Positions 35,159 to 47,850 of a DNA stretch of 64,000 nt are shown here, piece by piece. Location of the stretch: contig ML978129.1 in assembly GCA_010015805.1 (NCBI GenBank), forward strand, positions 1,054,001 to 1,118,000, written 5' to 3'. How positions within the stretch are numbered: position 1 is the stretch's first letter; every line of letters starts with the position of its first letter. Origin of the DNA: Rhizodiscina lignyota. Taxonomy: Eukaryota. Made by a program: the position numbers and the translations under genes. The notes under the pieces are model-generated. The model saw only the letters and a program-made list of their open reading frames with translations. It ran no database searches and had not been told where the DNA came from.

Positions 35159-37550
35159 TCACGGCGTCGGTGGCACCTCATCACCGTTCACAGCACTTCC
35201 CGTCAAGCCATCGGTAAGAGCAAACATCCTCCGTCCCAGCAGATCATCCGAGCTTGCCAACTTGACAATACTCTTATTCTTCTTCACGCTTCCAGGCCGT
35301 CCTTTCTCAACTCTGCCCTCGCCTGTGCGTCTCTCGCCATTCTGGTTGCCCCGCACACCAGTGTCTGTATGAGCTCTGCTAATACTGTCGCGCTTCGGCC
35401 TGATCACGGTCATCTCCAGTGGGCGATCCTCTTCTGCAGAGCTCGCTGTGCCCATGCGGCGGTGGTGTCTGCCACCAATGGAACCGTTCATAGCTAGACC
35501 CGGGGTGGGAGGGGTGACTGCAGGAGTTGGATTCTCCTCCGCGGCGCGGTCGGCGTGGTCGAAGATCTCGAGCATCCACTTGGCGCAACGAGAGATGTAT
35601 TGCCAACCCTCTGGAAAGATGCTGACGAACTGCAGGAAGCCATGGCTTATGCCAGGGATCAGCACCACTTCGACGTGCTCGTCCTCTCTAAATCCCATCT
35701 TCTCCTCTGTCCGGCTGAGCAAACCCATCTCTCTGCGCTCGACCCACGCCGCATACTTCGCTTGCCGTATACGACCAGCGAATATGACGGTGTCATCGAC
35801 GAGCGGGTCTCGTTCTCCCGTTAGGAAGTACGTCTTTGGGAATGCAGCAAGCAGATTCTCAGGCGCAAGCAGCGGAGAGAGAAGAAAGTCAGTTGAGAGG
35901 TCCGGACGGTTGTGCGGGCCGATATACAAGATGATCATGGCACGCATCATCTCTGGCGAGAGAATGCGGTCGTTGAAGTAGGATATCATGCTCGACATGG
36001 CCAATCTTGTCTTTAGGATGTGTGGCTTTCCTGCTTGGACGGCGGCCGTTTGCTCGGCTGTATCTTTTGCGGAGCCATTCGATGCAGTTTTCGTGAGAGC
36101 AGTCGAATCGACACCAGTATGAGCTGCAGTGAGTTTGATCGCAGTAGGAGATTCGGTCAGCGGCGCATCTTCATCTATCTTGCGAAATGCACGATTTGGG
36201 CGCATCTCAAGCGCGTTTTCATCGACATCCAGTTCGTCATCCGAAGGCTGCGGTGTGTGTGGCGTGAGCTTCTTATAATCTTCGCTCTTTCTCCTCAAGA
36301 CTCTTTCGTTAGTCTTGCGCATCTGTCTATCTCTAATCAAAGTCATTTGGTCGTCTGTCATCCAACTACTGATATTCACGTCAAGTGCCGGATATACTAA
36401 GACAACGCCTTCTGGTGGCGGGAGAGCTGTTTCTCCTAAGAATCTTCGTGTATCTGTGCTCCCGGCTTGCACAATCATTAGGACCATGCCAACTGCTAGA
36501 CTGCCACCAGCACTGTCGCCAGAGACGACAATCTGTGGTACGTCTTCGCCAGAAAATCCAACACACCGTCCTCTCGTAGCAATGATCGAGTGGTAGACAT
36601 CGTAACATTCGTTAAGAGCGTAAGGATATGGATTCTCCGGGGCCTTCCTGTACTCTAATGCCAGCACAGGCAAGTCAGTCTTTCCCGCCCATGCCTGTAG
36701 CTTGTCCTCATGACATCTTGGAGTCATTGCAACAAAGCCGCCACCGGGTATGTCTAAGATGATCTTATTATGTTTCTTCAATGCAGATATCGGCCCATTG
36801 AAATATAGCCATCCATGTACTGGTTCTGTGTAGCTCGAGGCATTCGGTCTCGGGATGCGTATCGCTCGTGGGGGGTAGCGCATAAGTCGAGGCCGCAACA
36901 TGGCGGAAATGAATTTCAAATATGGCGTTGTCGGTTTGTTCCAGCTGACCCTCAGATGATCCACTGTTAGACAACCTCTGACTTTGCGCACCTTCTCATC
37001 CGCTTGTTCTGCACAGAACAAGTAGTATACGCTGAAGACCATGCTTGACAAATCTTTCAGCCATTTTGGCCGTATATGCATGGCTGTCCAGAAACCCGCA
37101 TCCAACGCCGTTGTTATCCATGTCGCGCGGAAGTATGATCGGGAGTAGAGGTTCGCAAGTGGTTCGGGGCACTCAAGATTGATCAGCTTGCCGAAGTTTC
37201 GAGTGATGTATAGCCAGATGAGCGTTATGACAACCGTTTGCCAAGGAGTGAGGCGTCGAGACAGGGTCGCTGAGAGTCGCCGAATGACGGGTGGGCCATT
37301 ACGGTTACCTCTGTCAGAGTGTTAGGTCTCCTACGCAGTCTTCTCCTAGGACATCTCTTATGACGTACTTGTATAGGTAGAAGCTCCAGAGCAGCACAAC
37401 GGTGAGGACCTGGAATTTTCGGAATTTCACGCTCGGACGGCCCAGGACGTGATCTAGCGGTAGCAGAACTGTTAGCGGCATCGAGGAATTGGGATAGAGT
37501 CTACGAAGTAGCTGAAGCTTGAACCTAGTTATGGAAAGCATACCTATCAT
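35159..37550 (-). CDS. Hormone-sensitive-lipase-like alpha/beta hydrolase, 3 exons
   Basis: MI|DHVLGRPS start; PGGGF oxyanion motif, GDSAGG nucleophile, DPLVDD and SHGF. Confidence 0.88.
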
Positions 37551-38088
37551 GACGGTAGTAGAAGAGCTCTATGCCATGCGGATCGCTCACGAGGGCGTGG
37601 ATACAAACGGCGTATAACGGCAAACAGCAGCAGAGTTTGTGAAAGCAGCGCAGTGACAAGTCACCCGTAATCCATAGCAAAGGCGAGAAATAGGCGCGCA
37701 GAAGCGTTGAAGGTGGAAGTTCGGCCTCGCTCCATCGGAATGGCTGTGTCGTTCAAGTCGATGCTTACAGTAGCTGCCGCATGCATGTGATCGAAGGGCG
37801 ATGATGAAAGAGACGCCGCACCTGGCAGCCGGGCCAACCCCACCGCCCACGCGACTTGCGCAGGCCGGCCCAGGCACATGTGAAAGCGCCAAGCCTGGCC
37901 GGGGTGACCCTTGTTCCTTCGCCGAGCATCCCCATGCCCCTGAAATCGCTTCTCTTCATCTCCGGCCTGCTTTCTCGGGATCGTTTCTATATGTAGCATA
38001 TTCTGTTTTGATATTGAAGAGCATTGGAATGGCGGGGTGATGGAGTATTAGTTCATCCTTATCGAATATCACCGGGATAGATCTCTTC

Positions 38089-39544
38089 ATGTCGAAGCTT
38101 CCCACTGCCTCGTCTCCCCGAATGGAGCGTCGAACTCCGGTTCCGTATCCTCTGCGCGTTTTTCTACTCGCATCTTTGAGTTTTCTCTTTTGTGTCGCGT
38201 ATGGTCGAAAGAATTTCTACCGCGACCCTCTTGGCATCTTCTTTGACCCGAAACGGGCGTACGAGCGACACTACAGCGGCGTACGTGAAGCGGAAGCTCT
38301 GGAATGGAGCAACGATGTACTCACAGCTTTTGATGATTTTGAGAACGGCCTAGGCGAAGATGCCAATATCTACAGAGTTGGAGACCATCCACGGATATGC
38401 GCTGTTTTTATCACCGCGAAGCGAGAGGGCGATAGGCAGTACATTGATGTAAGAAGGCCTCCAACCTTATTCGCAAATGAGTCCTGACAAGTTCACAGAT
38501 TGCCGTCGGCAGTGCGCTCGCAAACATCACAGAAGCAGAGCGCACAGACTTGGACCTGAAGATCTATTTCTCGAACACGCAACCAGAGATCCATCCTTCA
38601 TGGAATTCATGGATAGATCGAGTGGTGGACGAGTCTTTCCCAGTAACGGGCCTCGTTCCAGACAGCCAATTAGAGCACATGAAACAGCTCGAAAAAGAGT
38701 CCAAGTTTGTCGAGAAAGCCGGCCTCGACTACTCCATTGCTTTGCAACACTGCTACGCGAACTCATCTGCACCCTTCATCATGATCTTTGAGGGCGACAT
38801 CCTGCTCGCCGATGGCTGGTTCGCTCGCACCCTCAAAGGGCTGCGGCACATTGTCAACATCATGGAGCCTGATGCCTGGATGGACATGCGTCTATTCAGC
38901 TACGACAAGTCTATGGGATGGGGTTCGCAGAATCTGCTTGGCAACAACGTCCCGTGGATATGTCTCGCCCTCGGCCTAGCTCTCTACTTAATGCTCGTTC
39001 AACTCCGCCGCGTCTCATCAACGAGCTTGCGCCCGTACCTCTCCCCCTGGTGTGTCTTTGTCATCTGTGGTATCGCAGTACCGGCTTTTGTGATCCTGTT
39101 CTTCCGCGCTGGGAAAGCCTCGCTATTACCACCATCACCTGGCGTGCATAGGCAGGACACGTTTGGATGCTGTAACCAGGCGCTACTCTTTCCTCGAGAA
39201 CAGGTGCCAGGAGTGGCGGCTTTTATCACAGAGCACGCGGATAAGCGGCCGCACGATCACCTCCTCATGCATTATTCACAGGAGAAACAACTGGCAAGAT
39301 ATGCATTATATCCTGTGCAAGCTCAGCATCTCGGTAAGACATATCTGCCTTGCAATATTCCTGCCTGCTCACTATTAGTGCTAATCACGGAGGAATGACA
39401 GGGTTCAAATCGATTGTCAATCCAGAGCGGGACGAAAGTTGGGGCGTCTGGAATATGGGCTTCGAGAATCTTCAATCTTCGAAACTGGCTCGAGAACACG
39501 AACGCATGGTCAAAGAGATATATGGTGATGAGGCATGGGAATAG
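38089..39544 (+). CDS. Integral membrane glycosyltransferase-like protein (PGAP4/TMEM246-like), 3 exons
   Basis: N-terminal TM, YRDP..FFDP..Y, DYSIAL..C, FEGD, two internal TMs, CCNQALLFPR and QHLG; two introns near 38448-38498 and 39333-39401. Confidence 0.65.
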
Positions 39545-40262
39545 GGCAGGCGCTAAGGTATATTTTTACATACCGAGCAATTTAATCGTAATGCCAAACT
39601 CGTTGAAGAGAGCGAACATCTGTCGAAGTATTTCGCGATCATGGTCTCCATCCCTTTCAGGTAGTGTCCAAGCAGCTCGAGCATAAGGGTGGTCAATGTG
39701 TGAGGGCCGAGGTGCGCTTGATGCACTTTAATAAAATTTAAGTTCAACAACTTGTATTAATTTCATCGAGGAAACGCCTCTAGCAATCGAACCCACCTCC
39801 GACTATGGGTCTGGTGCCACGAAATCCTTCCGCTGCCATGACAGATTGTGACTTGGTAACATTCCTCGAGCAGACCGCTCCCCTCATCTCCGTGCTTCTC
39901 TAGGTGAATACGCTTCATTGTCGCGGCCGCTATACGTCCGTCCAAGGATTTCAGGCCTTGTGTCGCCAGCGCGTTCGTATCGGCGTACGCATTCTTGCAC
40001 TTAAGTCGAGCTCCTTGTCTCCGTGTCTCCTCAGACTGAGTCGGTCATTTCGGTGGGTTGGCGATTGGCGTGCGATCTCGTAGTCATTCGTGCAATCCGG
40101 GTATGTCCCTGCAGAAAAGATTATGTTTTCGGTGTCGCCTCTTCGTAAGCACATCTTGCACATCCATCATAATGCCGACTTCGCAATGCTAATTGCATTT
40201 GCATCTCATCCTGCATGAGAACCACCCCTCAACGTCTCAGCATCATACATGGCCTTGCCCTT

Positions 40263-41339
40263 TCATGTAGAGCAATCGTACGCCGCATAATAATCCTCCA
40301 TGTCCCTCTTTACAGCCATGAACTTCTCCTTCAACCGTTTATCATAAGGGCTCCACCATTTATCATGCAGACTCGCCACGCCCGCCTCATAATCCTCCAA
40401 ATTCGGAAACACGATGTTCCAGTGCGTTGGCAGGCGCTGCCACGGCACCGCCCCATCGCCTCGATGCGCAAAGTTGAGGAAGTTCTGCTGCGGAAATCGC
40501 CACGAGAAGCGGTCGGACGACAGGTTCGGCACGTAGTATTTTAGCATCTCGGCGTCAGGGCGCAGCACGAGGAAGCCCGAGTTGAAGTATATTGGGTCCC
40601 AGAAGCCGCCATTTTTCTCGGTCGGCGGAAAGGTGTGGTTGCGCGTGGCGTGCGTGACGGCGGAGAAGATGTACTGGCGGGAGGGCGGATGCTTCTCTGG
40701 CACCGAGGCGTCGCTGTCACGGAGCTGGGTCGATGGTTCGTCGAAGATGGCGTCCATACTACGCGTGATTATCATGTCGCAGTCGAGGAATAGCAGACGC
40801 GAGTAGTCAGTCAGGTCGTTGATGCGCAGCTTCGTCATATCGTGCTTCCACCGCGGCGAGCCTGGGTGAAAGATCTCGCCGTCAATCTCGAAGTCCTCGA
40901 CTTCGACCACGCGCGCACCATCCTGTTCGAGGCGGCGCCGCTTGCGCTGCTCGACGTCGCTGGTAACCATGACCACGAAGGGGATGCGACGTCGGGTGCG
41001 GGTTGTGGGCGCGTGGAGGAATTGGTAGGCGAGGATGCGCGTGGCCGTGAAATATTTGTCGTGCTCAATGAATGGGATCCAGCCTGTCCACCAGTCGGGT
41101 TGGCTACTCGACAGGAAGGTCACGTACGCCAGCTTTTCGGTCGACTTCGAGGCATCTTGATCTGTCGCTGTTCCGTCCACCGACGCGTCTTCGTCACTGT
41201 CAACCTCCCATACTGACGATTTCGACCCCGGCTTGCATCCTGACGAAGGGGAGAGACGCGATCTGAGAGATGAGAAGGTCAGAAATGCAAATATCAGGCA
41301 GGTCAGAGCCCAGAAAGAGACAAGACGACGTTTTCGCAT
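40263..41339 (-). CDS. GT8 family glycosyltransferase (type II membrane, glycogenin/Gnt1-like)
   Basis: Signal anchor; AYVTFLS; TKL; FLDCD (DxD); FNSGFLV; QQNFLN; HDKWW. Confidence 0.88.
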   Translation of the reverse strand: MRKRRLVSFWALTCLIFAFLTFSSLRSRLSPSSGCKPGSKSSVWEVDSDEDASVDGTATDQDASKSTEKLAYVTFLSSSQPDWWTGWIPFIEHDKYFTATRILAYQFLHAPTTRTRRRIPFVVMVTSDVEQRKRRRLEQDGARVVEVEDFEIDGEIFHPGSPRWKHDMTKLRINDLTDYSRLLFLDCDMIITRSMDAIFDEPSTQLRDSDASVPEKHPPSRQYIFSAVTHATRNHTFPPTEKNGGFWDPIYFNSGFLVLRPDAEMLKYYVPNLSSDRFSWRFPQQNFLNFAHRGDGAVPWQRLPTHWNIVFPNLEDYEAGVASLHDKWWSPYDKRLKEKFMAVKRDMEDYYAAYDCST

Positions 41340-42169
41340 TGGAGCTGCGTCTGATTACTGCCAACAGAAGGCAGGCATACCTATGAAATCAACGAGCGTT
41401 CCAAAGGAAGAATATTTGAAAGGTTAGGTTCGCTGAAATCCAGTAGCACATGCTGGCAGGTATAAGCTGACATGGGTGGTAGCTGTTTCATTAAAGGGAC
41501 CTGCGCCTATCCCCCGCGTGGGTAATGGTGCCGAAATGCGGGTTGCCACGAGGGTGACAAAATAGCTGACCTGTTAGACGTCGAGAGCGTTTGCTCTTTA
41601 GCTTAGGAGAGAGCATTGTCGAAAGCTCAATGGGGTACACCTTAGCCTGCGTTTATTAGAGCTGTAAAGGCTTCACAAACACAATTCATCTTTGCTGTAG
41701 TGGCTGCGCACTCCAACAGCTCGATGGCTGTATGTCAACTTTTTAGTCACACCTCGGCGGTGTCTAAGGTCTAAAATGGTCCGGAAATTATATAAAGGAA
41801 ATTGATATATGGACTTATAGCCGTGACGCTTTATTGTTTCTTTGGGATCGAAGTTTTTTGATATACTTCTCCGCAAGAGCAGCCAAATACTAGGTGAGAA
41901 AAAGAAGAAACGTGAATGAAGAAGTGGGCTGTTGATAACAGATAGCTCGGGCCAACGATGGACCTGTATGTATGTACACACTCAGTCTTAGAAGAAATTG
42001 CTTTCCAATTACACAATATTTGAATCGTGAGACTTGAGTGATATTATAAAGGTTTGGGGCAATGTTTCTATGGCCTGACGTTCTGATAATCATCCTGTCT
42101 AAGGAAAGCTTCTTTTATCGTGAAGCTTAGCATTCCTTGGTACATATTTGATCACCCTAACCTTCAACC

Positions 42170-42973
42170 ATGTCCACCCTCCTCATAGGCATATCTGGCC
42201 CCTCCTCATCCGGCAAGACCACACTCTCCCGTCTCCTTCGGGATGTCCTCAACTCCTCGCCTCTACTCCATGCTTTCATCCTTCACGAAGACGACTTCTA
42301 CAAGACCGACGCCGAGATCCCGGTCAACACAGACGGTCTACAAGACTGGGACTGCCTCGAGTCGATAGACTTGCCACTCCTGGAAAAGACGCTTGCGCAC
42401 GTGAAAGAGCACGGGAGCCTACCGGCGGGATTCGAGAGCAAGGAGGATAAGAATGATGTCGGGAAGGTGGATATCGACTGGGGCGTGATTGAACGGCAGA
42501 CAGAGAACCTAAAGCAGAAAGTACAGACGCTACAACAAGGGCATGAACGCGGCAAAGAAGCTGCTGGAGAAGCATCTCCCGCCCTCACAATAGCAATTAT
42601 AGACGGCTTCCTCCTTTTCGCGCCCTCCATGGCTTCCATCCGCTCCCTCTTCAGCGTCAAGCTGTTTCTCCGTACCGACTATGCTACTGCGAAACGCCGG
42701 CGTGAGGCAAGAAGTGGCTATGTGACACTAGAGGGCTTCTGGGAGGACCCACCGGGGTATGTGGACAAAGTGGTCTGGCCGAACTACGTGAAGGATCACT
42801 CCTTCTTATTCAGGAATGGGGACGTCGAGGGCGAGCTGAACGAAGGGGTGTGCACGGAACTAGGTATCGTGGGGATGCCGAAGGGGCTGGAAGGAAATAT
42901 GACTGGTGTATTTGAGTGGGCGTTCGCAGAGGTTTTAGATGGCCTGCAAGGTAGGCTTCAGGATAGTTCATGA
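42170..42973 (+). CDS. NRK1: Nicotinamide riboside kinase
   Basis: P-loop GISGPSSSGKTT, HEDDFYK, DWDC and RSGYVTLEGFWEDPPGY. Confidence 0.9.
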   Translation: MSTLLIGISGPSSSGKTTLSRLLRDVLNSSPLLHAFILHEDDFYKTDAEIPVNTDGLQDWDCLESIDLPLLEKTLAHVKEHGSLPAGFESKEDKNDVGKVDIDWGVIERQTENLKQKVQTLQQGHERGKEAAGEASPALTIAIIDGFLLFAPSMASIRSLFSVKLFLRTDYATAKRRREARSGYVTLEGFWEDPPGYVDKVVWPNYVKDHSFLFRNGDVEGELNEGVCTELGIVGMPKGLEGNMTGVFEWAFAEVLDGLQGRLQDSS

Positions 42974-43220
42974 ATCTTTTTAAAATCAGGATATATGTGT
43001 ACAAGTTTTAAAAGTGATATGCAGAGGTCAGTAGACCTAAAGTGCACAAGAAAGGCCAGAGAACACCATGTCCCAAAGTCTTTTCAATCCGATCCTAGAT
43101 GCATACCCAGCGCGAACCGATTAGGGGTATCTTGCGATGTAAATCAGAGACCCTCCACCCAGCGCGCCTTTTATCCGCTTCAACGGCTTTACTCATACCA
43201 AAATCATCAATTCATTCATT

Positions 43221-44923
43221 TCATGTACCCTCGCTCACTTGCTTCCCCGCTCGGCTTGGCATCTTCGCCTTTGACCGCCCTGAAGCATACATCGGCCGCT
43301 GCTGTGCTGAATTCCAGCTCGACCGCTTTGACCCTGATCGTCCAACAGTTTCCGGCGCTCCAGACGAAGAGCCTGGTCTTGTATGGTGCTGACTGTGTCG
43401 GCCAGTAGAGTCTGAAATATTCCGGGTGTGCCGTGAGACTCTTGAGTGTATGGAGTCTGTCGGTGACTGTGGCCGTTCAGCAGCTGGGTGGAGTTTATCC
43501 CCTAAGCTCCCTACGTCGTGCAAAACCAAGTCATCGTGCGCGGCTTGGCCCAGTGACGGATTGGATTGTATAGCTATCGAGCACCGCCTTCTTCCATCCA
43601 TGATCTCAAAGTCCTCCTCTTCCTCAATATCGCTACCCCAGGCCTCGATATCCTCTCTCCCATACACACCTCTTTCCCTCCAAGTTCTCTTAGCCGCAGG
43701 TTTGAGTGGCTCGACATGCATATGCATCTCCGGGCTACTCTTGCCATTGCTGTGCAAGGTGTCAAACGCACTATCTTTCCTTACTCCAGTGTCGCACTCG
43801 CTGCTTGTTTTATCACTTCCACTCAGACTCTCGCCTTGCAAAATCTTGGGTTTCGGCGGGTCGGTCGCTGCGCGGCGACCTCTTGCAGAGCGGGACGAAT
43901 GGTATTTAATACCATCTTCTGTCTCTGCATCGAATGCGCCGACATTGAAGACGCGACGAATGAGGTGCCAGGTATAAGGGAGGTTCGCGACGATGGTGGC
44001 AGTCGACGCTTCTCGTATGTACCAAAACGTCCACAGGCTGCCATAAGGATTGGTGAAGGAATAGTACTTGTTCAGAACGGCGGCGGTGATCTACTCTTGG
44101 GTTTAGCGTCGTCTTTGCGATATAAGCTTCGAAAGGACGTACAACAAAGATACCAAGCGCAAAGATGCAGTAGACAATGATTCTGCGCTTCCAAGGTAGC
44201 CTGCTCTTCATCGCCATAGAGAAGCCGATAGCGAGCATGACAATATCCGAAGTAAGATTGAAAACGGCGTTGGTGATCAGGTGGTCGGTCTAAATTTCGT
44301 AGAGCAAATCAGCGCAGGCTCTGGGCTTCATGTTTGCATTAGAGGATGGCTCTTTACATACCGCGGCGTCGCACTGTGGATTTGGAGTAGGAACAGCCCA
44401 GTAGTCATGAAACGGACGACACCAGACTCCGAAATAGAGTATCTCCATTACGGCGAAGCTGACACCGACGAACACAGCGAGGATTTTGACGGCGATATTC
44501 TGCGGCAATTGATAGGTTACTCGGTAGTACATGATGAGTAGCGTGGTCTTCATCGTCCAGATAGTAAAGCATTGCATCTGCTCAACGACGAGCACCAGCT
44601 GCAGAGACAATCAGTTACATTCGCAACTAGGAGTAGTGATACCCTGGCCGTACCTTGCTCCCTAGCACACGATCACTGATTTCCTGCGGAGTAAATGTAT
44701 TCACATCCACCCCAGGCGGAATCAAGTTGCTACTCTTATCCGCGACAATATTCATAATAACGACCAGAGCCGTGTACGTGCAGATACCGAAGCACATGAT
44801 CCAGTCGTCGACCTTTAAGTGTAGCGGCGAGCCGAATAGCAGACTCCGCGATACGAGACGACATATTGCGATGAAAACCGCAACGCCGTACCATATCCAC
44901 GACTCTACTGCCAGCGCAAGCAT
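43221..44923 (-). CDS. Pth11-like (fungal rhodopsin-domain) integral membrane protein, 4 exons
   Basis: Seven hydrophobic segments; DDW; WCRPF..YW; NLTSD; W.IRE...IVANLP; long Ser/Arg-rich tail. Hand splicing joins the ORF pieces in frame. Confidence 0.85.
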
Positions 44924-46719
44924 TTTGACGGCCGCAGAAGGCCAGATGGCCCGGTTAGGCGCGGTGAACGGTGCAAAGTCCCTGGAGCGGTGGCGAGATT
45001 ATCAATTGCGATGGTGGTGAGGCTGGGCGGACGTTATCATCATCGCGCAAGTCGATATCACCGCCACAGATGTTGCGCCATGTCCAGGATACGAGAGTGA
45101 AGGTACCCAGATATCAAATATATCTAGGGATAAGAGGAAACGAAGAGCCCTATGAGCGGTAAAAGGCGCAAATCCTCCTCGGCGGATCAGACACCACGAA
45201 GTTTAGAGTTGCAGTCAAAAGCAAAAGCAGTGGCCCAAGTGCGACGGATTGGAGGAAGATCAGCACTATCGAAGCCCATCGAGTCAAAGCTCGGCTCCAT
45301 TATCGCTTGGACGGCAGCGGATCACACCGACAGAACGTGGGAGGGTGCTTGCTCCTAGCTCTTATCTAACCGTGTTGTAACGACCCACGCTCGGTTGATT
45401 CCGCCGTTCAGGGCGTGCAGACATGCCGTTACTGGCTGAAGGAGCCAACGCGATGGCACGTTGGATATCCGCGCGGGTGAGGGTAGGCGTGCTCGAGAGG
45501 GGTCGAGTCCCGGCCAATGGGCACGGCCAGAGGGAACACATTGTCCGATGTTGGCCTGTGGCATATCTACGAATATGGATTGTGGAAATGGGGAATTACG
45601 ACGCCCCTGGACACTTGATCGCAGGTACCCGCTCTCGCCTATTAGGAATGCCCGGGCACGAAGCCTGCGATTCGGGGACCGAGGGCGCCTTAAATGCATC
45701 ATCGTTCCTCATCTGGGACGTGTGAAAATCCTTACGGGATGCAATCGCCAGCTCCCGGCACTCCGAACTATGCTCACGTGCCAACGTTGAGCTCATCTGG
45801 ACTTGCTCATGTAACTCAACCCGCCTCCACCACATCCAGCGCATGCGTGGAGAAGCGTCTGAAGAAGCGAACTGTGAAGAGCGCCGAACGAAGGATCCGT
45901 GGCGAAAAGAGATTGAACAACTATCAGCAAATTGCAGATCGCTTTCGAACAATGTGGTTCGCAGACTTTGAGGACTGTCCACACGACTGTTTCAATTAAT
46001 GCCGCGAACGTGGGATGTCTGCATTATTTGCCTCAGCCACCCACGGGGAAGCTATTCAGGAACCACACACAGCTGGGGAAGCGATCGCATTGGACGTCTC
46101 TTAAACAGAGCTTTCCATCGTCGTATCGCATTGCCATTATTTAAGCCGCTGCTATCTAGCAGTTTCCAAGATGGGATATCAGCGTCACGATACACGGCAC
46201 ATCGCGGCAAGAATGTAACAGCGCTCCCCACATATGCCTCAAGGACAATCTGCTGTGGTGGTCTGTGGCTGTCTGTGGCTGTCTGCGTAGTGGAGTCCTG
46301 TTCGCTTCTTTTCTCCAGGCAGATCCTTGTGGAGACTGAGATGCAATGAATCTCCTTGAGAGAAAGATAAGGCTGCTCCACATACACTCCACATGCCGTT
46401 CCTTTCAGCACAGAGCCGTCTGGAAGTCTCCGTATCAGTTAGGAAGTCTTTCATTCAATCTAAGTTATTAATACTCGCTGTTTGCTCATATGTGAAAGGT
46501 TGAGGGCCAAAGACCGTAGATGGAAGTTGAAGGTCGGTAGGTGAGAGAACGAACTACGCCTCAGCAGTGCTGTGGTGGTTGAGGCAAATGCAAGGAGGTC
46601 GCTCTTCTGGCAATTGAATGTTATTATCGGTGCTGTTTCAATATACATTTAACGCTCCTCTTGCCATTTAAGAGGACACGCGAACTACGGCGATGGTTTC
46701 GAGGTGCATCTAATCCGAT

Positions 46720-47400
46720 TGAGCCTCCTCTTGAGGGCAAGAGTCGCTCGCATGGCGTAGCTCGATCGAAGTCACAGATCACCCTATTTCTAACACTAGG
46801 TTCGAGGGCCATAAGAGGCATTCTGTTGTGGGTAAACCTATTGACCAGCGGTGTTTCGATCTCTAATCGACGTTCCTCCTTTTTTGGCGTATGTTTGGAG
46901 GCACATCCAATCCGATGGAGCTGTCCCTCAAAGAAAGCACTTGCTCAAGGGGTGTAGCTCAATCGAGATCCTATATCGCCACCTCCCTGACATTGAAGTC
47001 GAGATCTATGAGGGTGCTTCTATTGCGAATACACCCAATGATCAGCGGCATTTGGATCTCTGTATGACACTCCTTTTGCTCTTTGAGACAGCATGCATGC
47101 TTGATACTTCGGATCCCGACGACCAGCCGCTTCGATTATTTACGTGAGGCTCCTTCTGCCCTTTGAGATGGCATTCGGGCTTTGGCAGCAGGTTGGAAGT
47201 GTATGACATCTGACATTGCCGTGCCTCAAGGGGAACAGCTCGGAAGAAGGGTCAGGTCAACCAAGCTCATAGATCTCCGCTTCTCAGGCCTTTCAGTCAA
47301 AGGCGATGGAGTTTGTTTGCTTCTAAACAAAGCCACTGATCAATGGTGTTTCGATTTGAATATAGCGCTCCTTTCGTGCTTTGAGATAGCTGGTGGAAGG
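46720..47400. repeat. Three degenerate direct repeats with a ~120-140 bp ungapped core
   Basis: Cores ending at ~46864, ~47061 and ~47359 (offsets 197 and 298 bp) align without gaps at roughly 60% identity by hand count. Confidence 0.75.
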
Positions 47401-47625
47401 TCGGCAACGATTTAGACATAGTCCTCCATTTGTGCCTTGCGACGGCAGGCTAAGGTTGACAAAGGTTCAGATAAAACCCACCTTTTGTGCCTTGAGATGG
47501 CAGGTTAACGTCGACAAGGGTTTGGATATAACCCTACGTCTGTGCTTTGGGATGACTGGCAAAGACTGACGAAGATTTGGATATGGCTGTCTACTTCTGC
47601 TTTGATATGGCAGGTAAAAGTCGAC
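47350..47625. repeat. Degenerate tandem array of five ~55-bp units
   Basis: Minus-strand units start at 47625, 47570, 47515, 47460 and 47405; approximate consensus GTCGACCTTAACCTGCCATCTCAAAGCACAAAAGGAGGGCTATATCCAAATC. Confidence 0.85.
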
Positions 47626-47850
47626 AGCGACGTTGAAAGGTGAGTGGTCAAGGGCAGACGTTACGGGCACGAAGCTTACATTACCATTGTATCACAGTGA
47701 AGGGATGGTCACTTCAGTGTCATCAGAGTAATTATGCGTGATAAGGAAAATCAAGTCTTGTTCATTGCTCCGTGCTATGTAGAAAACAATAGGAAACCCC
47801 AAAACCAAAGACAACGCCCCGACCAAACCCCCCCCGAACCCCCAGCAACA

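Noticed and set aside
31797..37550. P450 + Rossmann protein + hydrolase as a secondary-metabolite cluster
   Set aside because: No PKS, NRPS or terpene synthase backbone gene in the window; FMP52 and the lipase look like conserved housekeeping-type genes.
46251..46285. GTCTGTGGCT short tandem repeat (~2.5-3 copies)
   Set aside because: Ordinary slippage-type repeat with no associated feature.
47350..47625. CRISPR-like interpretation of the 55-bp array
   Set aside because: Eukaryotic context, no identical repeats alternating with unique spacers (similarity spans the whole unit), and no cas genes.
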